The position numbers were made by a program, and so were the translations under genes. Source: Eledone cirrhosa (lineage: Eukaryota). Taken from it: a stretch of DNA of 64,000 nucleotides. Where the stretch lies: the NCBI GenBank assembly GCA_964016885.1, contig OZ024760.1, positions 11,842,001 through 11,906,000 of the forward strand, given 5' to 3'. This document shows, one piece after another, positions 40,575-55,149 of the stretch. Each line of letters starts with the position of its first letter. Positions within the stretch are counted from its first letter, which is position 1. Below the pieces are notes generated by a model that was given only the letters and a program-made list of their open reading frames with translations, was not told the DNA's origin and searched no databases.

Positions 40575-41360
40575 GATTTCCCAACCTGCTGTTTATAATA
40601 ATGAAATTATTGTGTACAGTGCTCAGGTCCACTACAACTCATCAAAGGTGCATGTATAGTACATAGAATAATGTACAAATGTCAGGGAAGTGAATAGTGT
40701 ATGAGTCATGATATACATGTGTGCGTGTGTATGGAGGGGGAATATTAGGTGTAATGTTGGCGAATCTCAGGAAGGATGGGGGCTTTAAAGGATGCAGTGT
40801 CTCGACAGCTAACAACTGATGCAGGTAGTTTGTCCCATGGAGCTTTTAAAGGATGCAGTGTCTCGACAGCTAATAACTGATGCAGGTAGTTTGTTCCATG
40901 GAGGTTTTAAAGGATGCAGTGTCTCGACAGCTAACAACTGATGCAGGTAGTTTGTTCCATAGAGGTTTTAAAGGATGCAGTGTCTCAACAGCTAATAACT
41001 GATGCAGGTAGTTTGTTCCATGGAGGTTTTAAAGGATGCAGTGTCTCGGCAGCTAACAACTGATGCAGGTAGTTTGTTCCATGGAGGTTTTAAAGGATGC
41101 AGTTTCTTGGCAGCTAACAACTGATGCAGGTAGTTTGTTCCATGGAGGTTTTAAAGGATGCAGTGTCTCGGCAGCTAACAACTGATGCAGGTAGTTTGTT
41201 CCATGGAGGTTTTAAAGGATGCAGTGTCTCGACAGCTAACAACTGATGCAGGTAGTTTGTTCCATGGAGGTTTTAAAGGATGCAGTGTCTTGACAGCTAA
41301 CAACTGATGCAGGTAGTTTGTTCCATGCTTCAGCAACTCTAAGCGTGAAAAAATGTTTCT
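40575..41360 (-). mobile_element. 3' end of the same CR1/L2 family, containing a 61-bp x9 tandem expansion
   Basis: Reverse-complement similarity to about 59350-59600; the repeat unit encodes WNKLPASVVSCRDTASFK. Confidence 0.85.
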
Positions 41361-44095
41361 GTTTATAAGAATGTAAGCAAATGTTCGACACGCCCTCTTA
41401 TTCCAACCACCTTTATTATTTGGGATCCAAGAGTACCTGATTTCAGATAACCAGGTAGACTTGTAGTCATCAAATTTATTTCAGGGTATACAAGTACTGA
41501 TAGATATAAATTGCTAATTTTATAAGAATTAATACAGAAACTTCCATAACGTGAAAGCCTTAGTTACAACCATGTGAATTTGGCTGATCAAAGTAAGTGG
41601 GTGTGGTGGTGGTAGTGCTGGTGGTGGTTGTGGTTATGGGGGAATCCGAACGTCAACATCCTGGGAAGACTTCTTCATTGCTGGCTTTGTTTTCACTACT
41701 TAAAGTCCCAGCATCAAAATTAGATCTGTCTAATTAATGTTTAATGAAATACACTCTTTTTCAATTAATTAATGAAGAATTTTGACGGATTTACTAAAAT
41801 TATCAAAAATTTCATTACAAAGAGAGCAACTTAACATATGGTTCTCATATAAAATTATAATGGAAGATTTTTTATTTAAATAAGAACCCTTTAACCCTTT
41901 AGCATTTACATTACTCTATATATACTATTGTATTTTCACAGTAAAGGCTTTACCTCACATAACATTTACATTGCTCTATATATACTATTGTATTTTCACA
42001 GTAAAGGCTTTATCTCACATAATATCTTACATAACATTTACATTACTCTATATATACTATTGTATTTTCACAGTAAAGGCTTTACCTCACATAACATTTA
42101 CATTACTCTATATATACTATTGTATTTTCACGGTAAAGGCTTTATCGCACATTATATCGAACCTATAAGATTTTGATATTATTTATTTTGAGAGCAATAC
42201 CTTAATATCGGTATGAGCAGCCAGTTGTGGCTGGTTTGAACAGAAAGAGGTGAGAGAATTCTGGCCGTATATGGCCGGTTTAAATGCTAAAGGGTTAATG
42301 AAGAATTTTGATGGATTTACTAAAATTATCAATAATTTCATTATGAAGAGAGTAACTTAACATATGGTTCTTATATAAACTTATAATGGAAGATTTTTAT
42401 TTAAATAGGAACCCTTTAAACTGAGTGGTTTTATTTCATAGGACCAAAGTCAGTTTTGGGCTAAATTGATATCGAGTGTTAAAATAATCACCAAAATCCA
42501 TCATCATCACTTCTTTTCCCTTCTTGTGTATGAGTTGGCTTCAGGGTGTTGTTGTTGTTGATCAGCTCCCAGGGCTCACCACTAAGGGATCGATAAACTT
42601 GGGCCCCCATTATTATTTGATTTGTCTCACCTAATTTATACAGCTTTTGACTTCTTTCGAGCAAACTGTTCACACAAACTACTGGACACAGTTCTGTGTG
42701 AGCAAGACACAGTCGTCTGATCTGGCTTGTTCCACAACGGGACAACTCGTCTAACCCATGCTAGCGTGGAAAAATGGACATTAAACAGCAATGATGATGG
42801 TGATTGTCTCTTTCATGAGAGTATCTTGGTCATAGGCTGACTATGAAGGAGTGATGCTAGAGCTGTGAAATCTTGCATGCATTAATTTCAACACTTTTTA
42901 TTAATAACTGCATTCCTTCTTTCCATGTTGAAAAATAAACCTCATTTGGTCATTTCATGAGAGTATCTTGGTCAGCCTATGAACTTTTAAGCTGACCCTC
43001 GTATATTGATAAAAAAAATTTAAAACCCCCACTTATAGTTGTGGTTGTTTCTGGACCTCCCCTCTATCATTTCCAACAATAAGTGCTCCTGTTGATTCAA
43101 TCAACAGAACTGACTGCTCGTGAAATTAATGCTTAAGTGGCTGAACATTTGTCATACAAGTACACTCTTAACTCTTTAGTATTTAACCCTTTAGCATTTA
43201 CATTACTCTATATATACTATTGTATTTTTCATAGTAAAGACTTTACCTCGCATAATATCTCACATAACATTTACATTATTCTATATATACTATTGCATTT
43301 ACACAGTAAAGGCTTTCATCATCATCATCATCATCATCAGGTTTAGCGTCCGTGTTCCACGCTTGCATGGGTTTGGACGGGGGTTTTCCCACTTGAGGCA
43401 TAATATCTCACATAACATAATATCTCACATAACATTTACATTACTCTATATATACTATTGTATTTTTCATAGTAAAGACTTTACCTCACATAATTATCTC
43501 ACATAATATCGAATCTGTGAGATTTTGATATTATTTATTTTGAGAACAATACCTTAACATCAGTATAAGTGGCCACCAGTTACAGTCAGCTTGAACAGAA
43601 AGAGGTGAGAGATTTCTGGCCAGATACAGCCGGTTTAAATGCTAAAGGGTTAAACCAGCTGTATCCCCCCAGAATTCTCTCACCCCTGACCACCATGGCA
43701 GCTAAAGGGTTAAATACAATATCAATTGGCAGAATCGTTAGAGTGTTGGACAAAGACAAAATGTTTTGCAAGTATTTAGTTATGGCCCTTTACATTTTGA
43801 GTTCACATTCCACTGAGGTCACCTTTGCCTTTCATCCTTCAGGGAATGATAAAATAAAGGAGCAGTCATGTACAGAGGTCAATGTTAAATGCTATAACAA
43901 TGATGATGATTGTCTCTTCCATAAGAGTATCTTGGCCGTAGACTGACTATGAAGGAGTGATGCTAGAGCTGTGAAATCTTGCATGTATTAATTTCAACTT
44001 GACTTTCCATTCCCGTTGAATCAATATTTTCTAGAGTTAAACACAACCAATCTAAGACTATCTCTCTTGCAGGTTATATTCTGAATGGTGCTTGA

Positions 44096-44144
44096 ATGGC
44101 AACTCTTTTCAAATTATACCTATTTATCTGGATCATGCTGTCAT
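44096..44144 (+). CDS. First coding exon (signal peptide MATLFKLYLFIWIMLS) of the secreted TSR/mucin gene
   Basis: Acceptor tctctcttgcAG at 44071-72, a short hydrophobic N-terminal peptide, and a perfect GTAAGT donor at 44145 in phase 1 that joins in frame to the exon at 45830. Confidence 0.7.
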
Positions 44145-44449
44145 GTAAGTATAATAGTAATATATATTTTACCCCACTCTTTATATCTATCTCTTCCATC
44201 CTCTTATTTCGGTTAATACTCCCGCCATCGGTTCCGAATGACCATGGGATTTTCACCAAGAAAGTTCCCCTTCCAGGCACAAGGCTGGGCAACGTGTGTT
44301 TGTGGAAGACCAGCAGTCACCCATGTATAACAGTCTCCCCTCTCCATGCCATCGATGTTGTCCAAGGAAAAGGCAATGACCGATACAGCTTGGTACCAGT
44401 GATGTCACAACATACACTATATATCAATCTATCTATCTAGGGCGAGTAA

Positions 44450-44920
44450 AATTCCCGAGATCTATGGACGAGTTCTCTTCAGTGGTCTCTGTCTCTCATC
44501 ATTGCTTCCATGTCCTGCGTCTCCAACAGACCAGTGTCTGTCCTTAGAGCATCAACATATGTCAACCTCGGTCTCCCTCATCCAGTGTGTCCATGCAGAG
44601 GTTCCCACGGGAGCACTGAGTGCAGTGTCAACTCTGGATGTCGGTGACCATGTCCAGCTAACCTCAGTCTCCTCTGTGCTACTCTCGAGCTGACTTTTGG
44701 GAGGCTCCCGTACAGCTCTGAGTTCTTCATCCTCAGTGTATACTGATTAATGTTCAGAGCCATCCTCAGCATTCTTGTGTAGCACCCATCCACCATCTGA
44801 GTGAGTTTCTTGGTCATGTCCAAGTCTCAGACCCGTACAGCACCACAGACTCCACTACAACAATGAAGAGACGGATCTTCAGGTCTGTACGAAGGTCCGA
44901 CTTCCACACCGATCTCAAGC
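44450..44920 (-). mobile_element. RTE-like LINE fragment (second family; related piece at about 63045-63185)
   Basis: KIRLFIVVVESVVLYGSETWT, DGCYTRMLRMALNI, RRLRLAGH. Confidence 0.85.
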
Positions 44921-44995
44921 TGTATACATATATATATATATATATATATATATCATCATCATTTATTGTCCACTTTTCCTTGCTTGCAAGGGTGG

Positions 44996-45034
<39 letters not shown>

Positions 45035-45829
45035 ATGTGTTGTTTCCTTGAGCAAGACACTTTATTTCACATTGCTCCAGTTTGCTCAGCTGTAGAAATG
45101 AGATGATAGGGACTGGGGTCCCTATCATTCCACTGCAAAGTGGACGTGGAGGTGCCACGGCAAAAAAGCACCCAGTACTCACTGTAAATGAGGTTGGTGT
45201 TAGGAAGGGCATCCAGCTGTAGAAATCAAGCCAGAATCAGTTCCCGTCCCACCCTTGCAAGCAGGGAAAAGCGGATGTAAAATGATGAAAATGACAAAAA
45301 ATATATATATATATATATATATACACTCTATATTCTATCTTAGTAATGAAATAATTAATAATTTTAGTAAATCCCTCAAAATTCTTCATTAATTGATTAA
45401 AATAGTGTGTTTATATGTATGTGTGTGTTGTGTCTATGTGTATGTGGCTGTGTGTGTACATGTGTGTGTTGTGTCTATGTGTATGTGGCTGTGTGTTGTG
45501 TCTATGTGTATGTGGCTGTGTGTGTGTGTGTGTGTGTGTGTGCACACGCATTATGTGTATGTGTGGTGTATATCTGTGTGTATCTGTATATTATGTCTGT
45601 GTGTGAAAATATGTGCATATATGTGTTTATGTGTGTGTATTATGTATCTGAAAGTATGTGTGTGTGTGTGTGTTAACTTTACCTTTCATCCTTACGGGGT
45701 CAATAAAATAAAGTACCAGTAACACACTGGGGTAATTGCTGGCCTTGTGCCAAAAGTAGAAACAATTATTATGTGTATGTGTGTGATGAAATTAATGACT
45801 TACTAATGATTCTTTATTGTATTTTGTAG

Positions 45830-47215
45830 ACAATTGGGTGGATAGGAATATTTACTCAGTGGCCTACAACAAGAATGATGACAACATCGACGCTAGTGAA
45901 CTGGAGGACTTTTCTGACAGCCGATGGCAGAAGAAAATACAAAGGCCAGTTCTCAAAAAGACCTTTGCCATTTCTACAAAAGGGGAACAGCTTTCTTTGA
46001 ATAATGGCCCCAACAAAAAACACTTACAGTGGATAATGATAAAAGGTGAAGAGAATAAACACAAAGGAGACGAGGACAACAATGGTTACATGCCAGAAGG
46101 TTCGAGCGACAGCGAGGAAGATGATATGTCTCACGAAGAGGAATCGAATTCTGTGGAGGTTGATGATGACGAGCATGGTTCTAACAACCATCGTAATAAT
46201 GACGACGACGATGATGATGATGATAATGATGAAAATTATTACTTCCTTCGTGAAAGGATTAATAAAAGCATTGATAAGCTGGCAAGCACTTGTTCCCTGC
46301 CGTTGAACAGCAACTGTCTTTCGGCTGTGTTTTATCAAGTTTTCAAAAATCTCATGAAAAATATAAAGAAAAATACAAATAAAACAAAAGTTAAGAAAGA
46401 AACTGCAGTTACACACAAGAATCATTATCCGATGAAATCTTTGCACCAATTTCTAGAAGACATTTTTTCAAAGAAGTATGGTAATATTTCCCACTCAAAA
46501 GTGTATGTAGAAAAAGGTTCCTCTAAAAACCATAGCAACAGAATGTTGCACACTTTTATCAAATTACACAACAAGGGCAACAACTCCATAAAAGCCCAAT
46601 TCCAGACCAGTATACATAAATCTCCAAGCATTACCAGATGGAAAAAAAAGAAATTCAATCATAAAGCGAAATATCCCCTAATTAAAGTTTCTTTGGATAA
46701 AGACGAAGTAGATTTGGGCAAAAGCCTTGAATCTTTCTACAAAATCATTGATATTTTAAATGACCTAAATATCAATTTTACATATTCCCCAGATAAGAAA
46801 GTAATATTTATAGACCCCCATAGCTTACTTACGACTGAAGTACAGGACAGTTTTTTTAATGTAAGAAATTTGGGTTGGCAAAAAAAACCTTATGAAGAAG
46901 AAATGAATTTCATTGGGCACGTCAACCACTCACGAATAATCTTAAACAACAAAACCGTAAATAACAGCGTTTCAACTGGAATAAAAATTAAATATGATCG
47001 TACTGCAAAAAACAAAACAGCTGAAACTTTGATACTTCATATTAACGAAACTTCGCCACCCAGAAGACGTAAACCAATGGATTTGAATATAAATATCAAT
47101 TTCAATAATAAACATTTAAATACTTCATTTCTGGCAAATAAAAAGAGACAGGCTCAGGCGGGCCTTCCTACATTCACAAAATTACCACAATCTTATTTAC
47201 ATGAACATACCACCG
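45830..47215 (+). CDS. Large exon of the secreted TSR gene: acidic D/E tract followed by an N/K-rich region with basic clusters (RRRK, KKR)
   Basis: 1.4 kb stop-free, non-repetitive ORF. Acceptor ttttgtAG at 45828-29 and donor G|GTGAGT at 47216, both phase 1. Confidence 0.8.
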
Positions 47216-47480
47216 GTGAGTATTGCTTTCTTAGTAATACTATTACTAATCGGCAGTGGATTGATGGAATTGGTAGAGCGTCGCACAACATGCTTAGTGA
47301 CATAGAGTTACAGCCCTTTATGTTCTGAGTTCAAATCACGCCAAGGTTAGCTTTGCCTTTCATCCTTAAGAGGTTGATAAAATAAAGTACCAGTAACGCA
47401 CTGGTGGTCGATTTAAGCGACTTTCCTCTCCCACAAAATTGTTGGCCTTGTGCCTAAATCAGAAACCATTATTACTAATC

Positions 47481-48478
47481 AATGATTGTCTAACCAACTT
47501 TACAATTCTTCAAGTGACCCCATGATTGTCTAACTAACTTTACAATAGCTTCAAGTGACCCCATGATTGTCAAACCAACTTTACAATAGCTTCACAGTAA
47601 CCCCATGATTGTCTAACTAACTTTACAATAGCTTCACAGTAACCCCATGATTGTCTAACTAACTTTACAATAGCTTCAAGTGACCCCATGATTGTCTAAC
47701 CAACTTTACAATAGCTCCACAGTGACCCCATGATTGTCTAACCAACTCAACAATCCTTCTCTTTGACCCTGTCATTGTCTAACCAACTTTACAATAGCTT
47801 CACAGTGACCCCATGATTGTCTAACCAACTCAACAATCCTTCTCTTTGACCCTGTCATTGTCTAACCAACTTTACAATAGCTCCACAGTGACCCCATGAT
47901 TGTCTAACCAACTCAACAATCCTTCTCTTTGACCCTGTCATTGTCTAACCAACTTTACAATAGCTCCACAGTGACCCCGTAATTGTCTAACCAACTCAAC
48001 AATCCTTCTCTTTGACTCTGTCATTGTCTAACCAACTTTACAATAGCTTCACAGTGACCCCATGATTGTCTAACCAACTCAACAATCCTTCTCTTTGACT
48101 CTGTCATTGTCTAACCAACTTTACAATAGCTCCACAGTGACCCCATGATTGTCTAACCAACTCAACAATCCTTCTCTTTGACCCTGTCATTGTCTAACCA
48201 ACTTTACAATAGCTTCACAGTGACCCCATGATTGTCTAACCAACTCAACAATCCTTCTCTTTGACTCTGTCATTGTCTAACCAACTTTACAATAGCTCCA
48301 CAGTGACCCCGTAATTGTCTAACCAACTCAACAATCCTTCTCTTTGACCCTGTCATTGTCTAACCAACTTTACAATAGCTCCACAGTGACCCCATGATTG
48401 TCTAACCAACTCAACAATCCTTCTCTTTGACCCTGTCATTGTCTAACCAACTTTACAATAGCTTCACATAACCAACTT
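47481..48478. repeat. Minisatellite: about 6 monomers of 40-42 bp followed by 9 copies of an 83-bp dimeric higher-order unit
   Basis: A unit ...aactttacaatagctccacagtgacccc alternates with B unit ...aactcaacaatccttctctttgaccctg at an 83-bp period. Confidence 0.93.
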
Positions 48479-48513
48479 AGTGTTGTTTTTTTTTTGTTTG
48501 TTTTTTTCAATAG

Positions 48514-48684
48514 AGCCAGCCCTTAATCGTGGTGAATGGACGGTCTGGTTCAGATGGTCTACCTGTTCAACCTCATGTGGCCTTGGTCATCGAAAGCGGC
48601 ACCGCGTGTGCCTACCAGCAGGTTTTGTTTGCCATGGTCACCATTTAGAGCAGGCTTCTTGCTGGATGAATCAATGTGATTTAG
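48514..48684 (+). CDS. TSR (thrombospondin type-1 repeat) exon 1
   Basis: GEWTVWFRWSTCSTSCGLGHRKRHRVC...CHG...EQASC...C; polyT-caatAG acceptor and G|GTAAAG donor, phase 1-1. Confidence 0.9.
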
Positions 48685-49807
48685 GTAAAGTCATTTCCTA
48701 CATGTGGTTATTTCAAGAAGGGCTCTTCCAGATTGTTTAATTTTTTTTTATACTTGTAAACTATCTAGAGGGTGGATTGGCAGAATCATTAGAAATTTAG
48801 ACAAAATATTTTATGGTATCTAGCCACAGCACTTTACATTCTAAGTTCAAATCCCACTTCGTTCGACTTTGCCTTTTAACCTTTCTAGAGGGTCGGTAAA
48901 ACAATGCACAGTGAGTGTTCCAGTTGTTCGAACAATGGAACAGCCTGCTCTTGAAATTAACATACAATTAGCTGAATATTCTACAGGCATGGGAGAATCA
49001 GCATTACAGTACACCTCTCACAGGACCGAGATCTCTGGCGTTATGCAGTAATACAGAAGACTCGAGTTCCCATGGGTACAAGCCGAAGCTGAAGCATATA
49101 GACAATATGACCCCACGCCTCCCACTGCAAAGTGGTCGTGTAGGTGTCATGACAAAAAAAAGCACCCAGTTTACACTGCAAAGTGGTCGTGTAGGTGCTA
49201 TGGTAAAAAAGTACCCAGCACTCACTGTAAATGAGCTTGGTGTTAGGAAGGGCATCCAGCTGTAGAAATCAAGCCAAAATAAGTTCCCGTATGCGCAAGA
49301 CATGGTCACTTGACTTGGTATTGCCTACAACAGGTCAACCTGTCTAACCCATGCTAGCATGGAAACATTGACATAAAACAGTGATGATGATGAGTGTGTG
49401 ACAAGGTTGGCCCCTTTTACATTTAAAGTACAGCTTATATTTTGCCAGGTGAGTAGACTGGAGCAATGTGAAATGAAATAAAGTGCCTTGCTCAAGGAAA
49501 AATGCTTCTTTGAATTTTAACAAATCTTGCCTAGTTTTTCCTTGTACCTTGATCATATTATATATGGCTTCGTGGTTAGGGTACTTGGTTCACGATTGTA
49601 AAGTTGTATGTTATTACAGTTCATTAACAATAACTAAGACTAAAACAATGAACAGTGAATGAATGAATTAATTAATTAATTAAATAGATGAAAGACACAG
49701 AAGAGCATTCACCTATTAAAACATCCACAATTTTCTGGAGTTTTCTTTCTATTACTTATCTGTATTTTTTTCTGTTTATTTTTTGGGGGGGATTTTTTTT
49801 TTAACAG

Positions 49808-49978
49808 TAAGAAAAGCTTCCCTTGGATATTTCACTCAGTGGAATATTTGGACAGCATGTTCTGAGCTATGTGGCAACGGTATAAGGCGTAGATGGCGCA
49901 AGTGTCTACCAAAGGATTCTCATTGTATTGGTGACATTACAGAAAACGATTTTTGTGAGAGTCTAACCTGTGAAACTG
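49808..49978 (+). CDS. TSR exon 2
   Basis: FTQWNIWTACSELCGNGIRRRWRKC...CIG...C...C; ttttaacAG acceptor and G|GTAAGA donor, phase 1-1. Confidence 0.9.
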
Positions 49979-50149
49979 GTAAGATTTGAAGATTTTCTTC
50001 AGGGCTTTAACCTTATTTACAAATATTCATCATATGGCAGCCCCTTGTATGTACCGAGGGTCAGTTTTTAACAGAATGCATTCCAAAAAAAGGCACTCAA
50101 TACATGCGTGCAAGTGATGCCCGAATGAGTATCCTCCACCTCCAACTAA

Positions 50150-50342
50150 CTTACCCTCCACCCCAGGGTCCTGGCTAACGGGATGAAGAATGCATTGCCC
50201 CCGGAGGATGGCAAGGGAGACGTGCTGGAACAGCCACTCCACTCCACCTCGCAGGGCTCACACCAGTGGGTGGCCAACTCTGCTCTGATAGAAGTGAGTA
50301 GGGGTGTGGTCGGGGGCCAAGAATACCGGAAGTCTCCACTGC

Positions 50343-50343
<1 letters not shown>
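50150..50343 (-). mobile_element. CRE-like retrotransposon C-terminal fragment abutting the TA satellite
   Basis: [10 protein letters not shown]...[14 protein letters not shown](NA), with frameshifts. Confidence 0.65.
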
Positions 50344-50385
<42 letters not shown>

Positions 50386-50394
50386 ATATATATG

Positions 50395-50425
<31 letters not shown>

Positions 50426-50454
50426 GTATATATGTATATATATATATATATGTA

Positions 50455-50493
<39 letters not shown>

Positions 50494-51291
50494 GTACATA
50501 TGTATATATATATATGTATATGTATATATATATGTACATATGTATATATATATATGTATATGTATATATATATGTATATATGTATATGTATATATATATG
50601 TATATATGTATATATATATGTATATATGTATATATATATGTATATATATATGTATATATGTATATATATATGTATATATATGTATGTATATGTAGATATG
50701 TATATATATATATGAATATATATATATGTATATATGTATATATGAATATATGTATATATGAATATATGTATATATATGTATATATATATGTATATATATA
50801 TGTATATATATATGTATATATATATATGTATGTATGAATATATATATATATATGTATATATATATGTATATATGTATATATATGTATATATATATGTATA
50901 TATGAATATATATATATATGTATATATGAATATATATATATATGTATATATGAATATATGAATATATATATATGTATATATGAATATATATATATATGTG
51001 TATATATATATATATATATGTGTATATATATATATATATATAGGTATATATATATATATAGGTATATATATATATATATATATAGGTATATATATATATA
51101 TAGGTATAATATATATATATATAGGTATAATATATATATATATAGGTATATATATATATATATATATATAGGTATATATATATATATATATATATAGGTA
51201 TATATATATATATATATATATAGGTATATATATATATATATATATATATAGGTATATATATATATATATATATAGGTATATATATATATAT

Positions 51292-51332
<41 letters not shown>

Positions 51333-51455
51333 TATATATATATATATATATATATAGGTATATATATATATAGGTATATATATATATATAGGTATATATA
51401 TATATATATATAGGTATATATATATATATATATAGGTATATATATATATATATAT

Positions 51456-51486
<31 letters not shown>

Positions 51487-51513
51487 GGTGTATATATATA
51501 TATATATATATAT

Positions 51514-51548
<35 letters not shown>

Positions 51549-51809
51549 TATATATATATATATATATATATAGGTATATATATATATATATATATATAGG
51601 TATATATATATATATATATAGGTATATATATATATATATATATAGGTATATATATATATATATATATATAGGTATATATATATATATATATATAGGTATA
51701 TATATATATATATATATAGGTATATATATATATATATATATAGGTATATATATATATATATATAGGTATATATATATATATATATAGGTATATATATATA
51801 TATATATAT

Positions 51810-51880
<71 letters not shown>

Positions 51881-51907
51881 GGTATATATATATATATATA
51901 TATATAT

Positions 51908-51950
<43 letters not shown>

Positions 51951-51971
51951 TATATATATATATATATATAT

Positions 51972-52002
<31 letters not shown>

Positions 52003-52053
52003 GGTATATATATATATATATATATAGGTATATATATATATAGGTATATATGA

Positions 52054-52084
<31 letters not shown>

Positions 52085-52085
52085 T

Positions 52086-52138
<53 letters not shown>

Positions 52139-52180
52139 TATATATATATATCTGTATATATATATATATATATATATAGG

Positions 52181-52241
<61 letters not shown>

Positions 52242-52285
52242 ATATACGATATTAAATAAATGGAAACTATATTTATAAAACCATA

Positions 52286-52352
52286 TTTATTTCATTATAC
52301 ATATTTCAGGGATACCAAATTAAAATATGGCATGCCTTCGTCAGATAAAATA
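52286..52352 (-). ncRNA. Type I hammerhead ribozyme (mirror copy in the 52240-52728 inverted repeat)
   Basis: Near-exact reverse complement of 52613-52681. Confidence 0.72.
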
Positions 52353-52612
52353 CAATATATAAACAGTTTTATAAATAATTTTGATGTACCCTATTAGAAG
52401 CGACCATTATTTTTGGAAGCTGTCTGGATAGTGAGATGTTTATAATTATTTTATTAGTTATAGTGTTAAGCATAGTTAGTCTTTTTTTTTAAATGTGCTT
52501 AACACTATAACTAATAAAATAATTATAAACATCTCACTATCCAGACAGCTTCCAAAAATAATGGTCGCTTCTAATAGGGTACGTCAAAATTATTTATAAA
52601 ACTGTTTATATA

Positions 52613-52681
52613 TTTTATTTTATCTGACGAAGGCATGCCATATTTAATTTGGTATCCCTGAAATATGTATAATGAAATAAA
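52613..52681 (+). ncRNA. Type I hammerhead ribozyme, canonical core, intronic and sense to the TSR gene
   Basis: Stem I TTTATTTTAT/ATGAAATAAA; CTGACGA (52624-30); stem II AGGCATGCCA/TGGTATCCCT; GAAA (52660-63); stem III ATATGTAT; AUA cleavage after 52671. Confidence 0.75.
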
Positions 52682-52817
52682 TATGGTTTTATAAATATAG
52701 TTTCCATTTATTTAATATCGTATATATACTCCAAAAACTTGTCGAGTGCTTTATATCAGTTATAAAATATTTACTTGTTGTATCCCAACAATTTTAAATA
52801 GAACTTTTGCATATATG

Positions 52818-52942
<125 letters not shown>

Positions 52943-53137
52943 GTATGTATGTATATATATATATGTATGTATATATATATATATATGTATGTATATATAT
53001 ATATATGTATGTATATATATATATATGTATGTATATATATATGTATGTATATATATATATATATGTATGTATATATGTATGTATATATATATATATGTAT
53101 GTATGTATATATATATGTATATATATATATATGTATG

Positions 53138-53183
<46 letters not shown>

Positions 53184-53232
53184 GGTATATATATATATAA
53201 GTATATATATATATATAGGTATATATATATAT

Positions 53233-53283
<51 letters not shown>

Positions 53284-53347
53284 TGTATATATAGGTATAT
53301 ATATATATATATGTATATATAGGTATATATATATATATATGTATATA

Positions 53348-53392
<45 letters not shown>

Positions 53393-53482
53393 GTATATAT
53401 ATATGTATATATATGTATATATATATGTATATATATATATATGTATATATATATGTATATATATGTATATATATATATATGT

Positions 53483-53514
<32 letters not shown>

Positions 53515-53532
53515 GTATATATATGTATATGT

Positions 53533-53612
<80 letters not shown>

Positions 53613-53629
53613 GTATATATGTATATATG

Positions 53630-53660
<31 letters not shown>

Positions 53661-53743
53661 GTATATATGTATATATATATATATGTATATATGTATATAT
53701 GTATATATGTATATATATGTATATATATATATATGTATATATG

Positions 53744-53790
<47 letters not shown>

Positions 53791-53829
53791 GTATATATAT
53801 GTATATATGTATATATATATATATGTATG

Positions 53830-53863
<34 letters not shown>

Positions 53864-53872
53864 TGTATATAT

Positions 53873-53919
<47 letters not shown>

Positions 53920-53968
53920 GTATATATGTATATATGTATATATGTATATATGTATATATATATAAATG

Positions 53969-54000
<32 letters not shown>

Positions 54001-54190
54001 GGTATATATATAGATATATATAGGTATATATATATAGGTATATATATATAGGTATATATATATAGGTATATATATATAGGTATATATATAGGTATATATA
54101 TATAGGTATATATATATAGGTATATATATATAGGTATATATATGTATATATATATAGGTATATATATATATATATGTATATATATATAGG

Positions 54191-54223
<33 letters not shown>

Positions 54224-54236
54224 GTATATATATATG

Positions 54237-54301
<65 letters not shown>

Positions 54302-54452
54302 GTATATATATGTATATATATGTATATATATGTATATGTATATATATGTATATATGTATATATATATATATGTATATATATGTATATATATGTATATATA
54401 TGTATATATATGTATATATATATATATGTATATATATATATGTATATATATG

Positions 54453-54483
<31 letters not shown>

Positions 54484-54590
54484 GTATATATATGTATATA
54501 TATATATATGTATATATATGTATATGTATATATATGTATATATATATATATATGTATATATATGTATATATATATATATGTATATATATG

Positions 54591-54621
<31 letters not shown>

Positions 54622-54636
54622 GTATATATATATATG

Positions 54637-54667
<31 letters not shown>

Positions 54668-54668
54668 G

Positions 54669-54813
<145 letters not shown>

Positions 54814-54838
54814 GTATATATATGTATATATATATATG

Positions 54839-54869
<31 letters not shown>

Positions 54870-54874
54870 GTATA

Positions 54875-54945
<71 letters not shown>

Positions 54946-55070
54946 GTATATATATGTATATATATATATATGTATATATATATATGTATATATATATATG
55001 TATATATATATATGTATATATATATATGTATATATATATATGTATATATATATATGTATATATATATATG

Positions 55071-55149
<79 letters not shown>

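Noticed and set aside
47481-48478. Regular repeat arrays as possible CRISPR (also 40776-41326 and 11889-12048)
   Set aside because: No unique spacers, no cas genes, and a eukaryotic context; these are ordinary tandem repeats.
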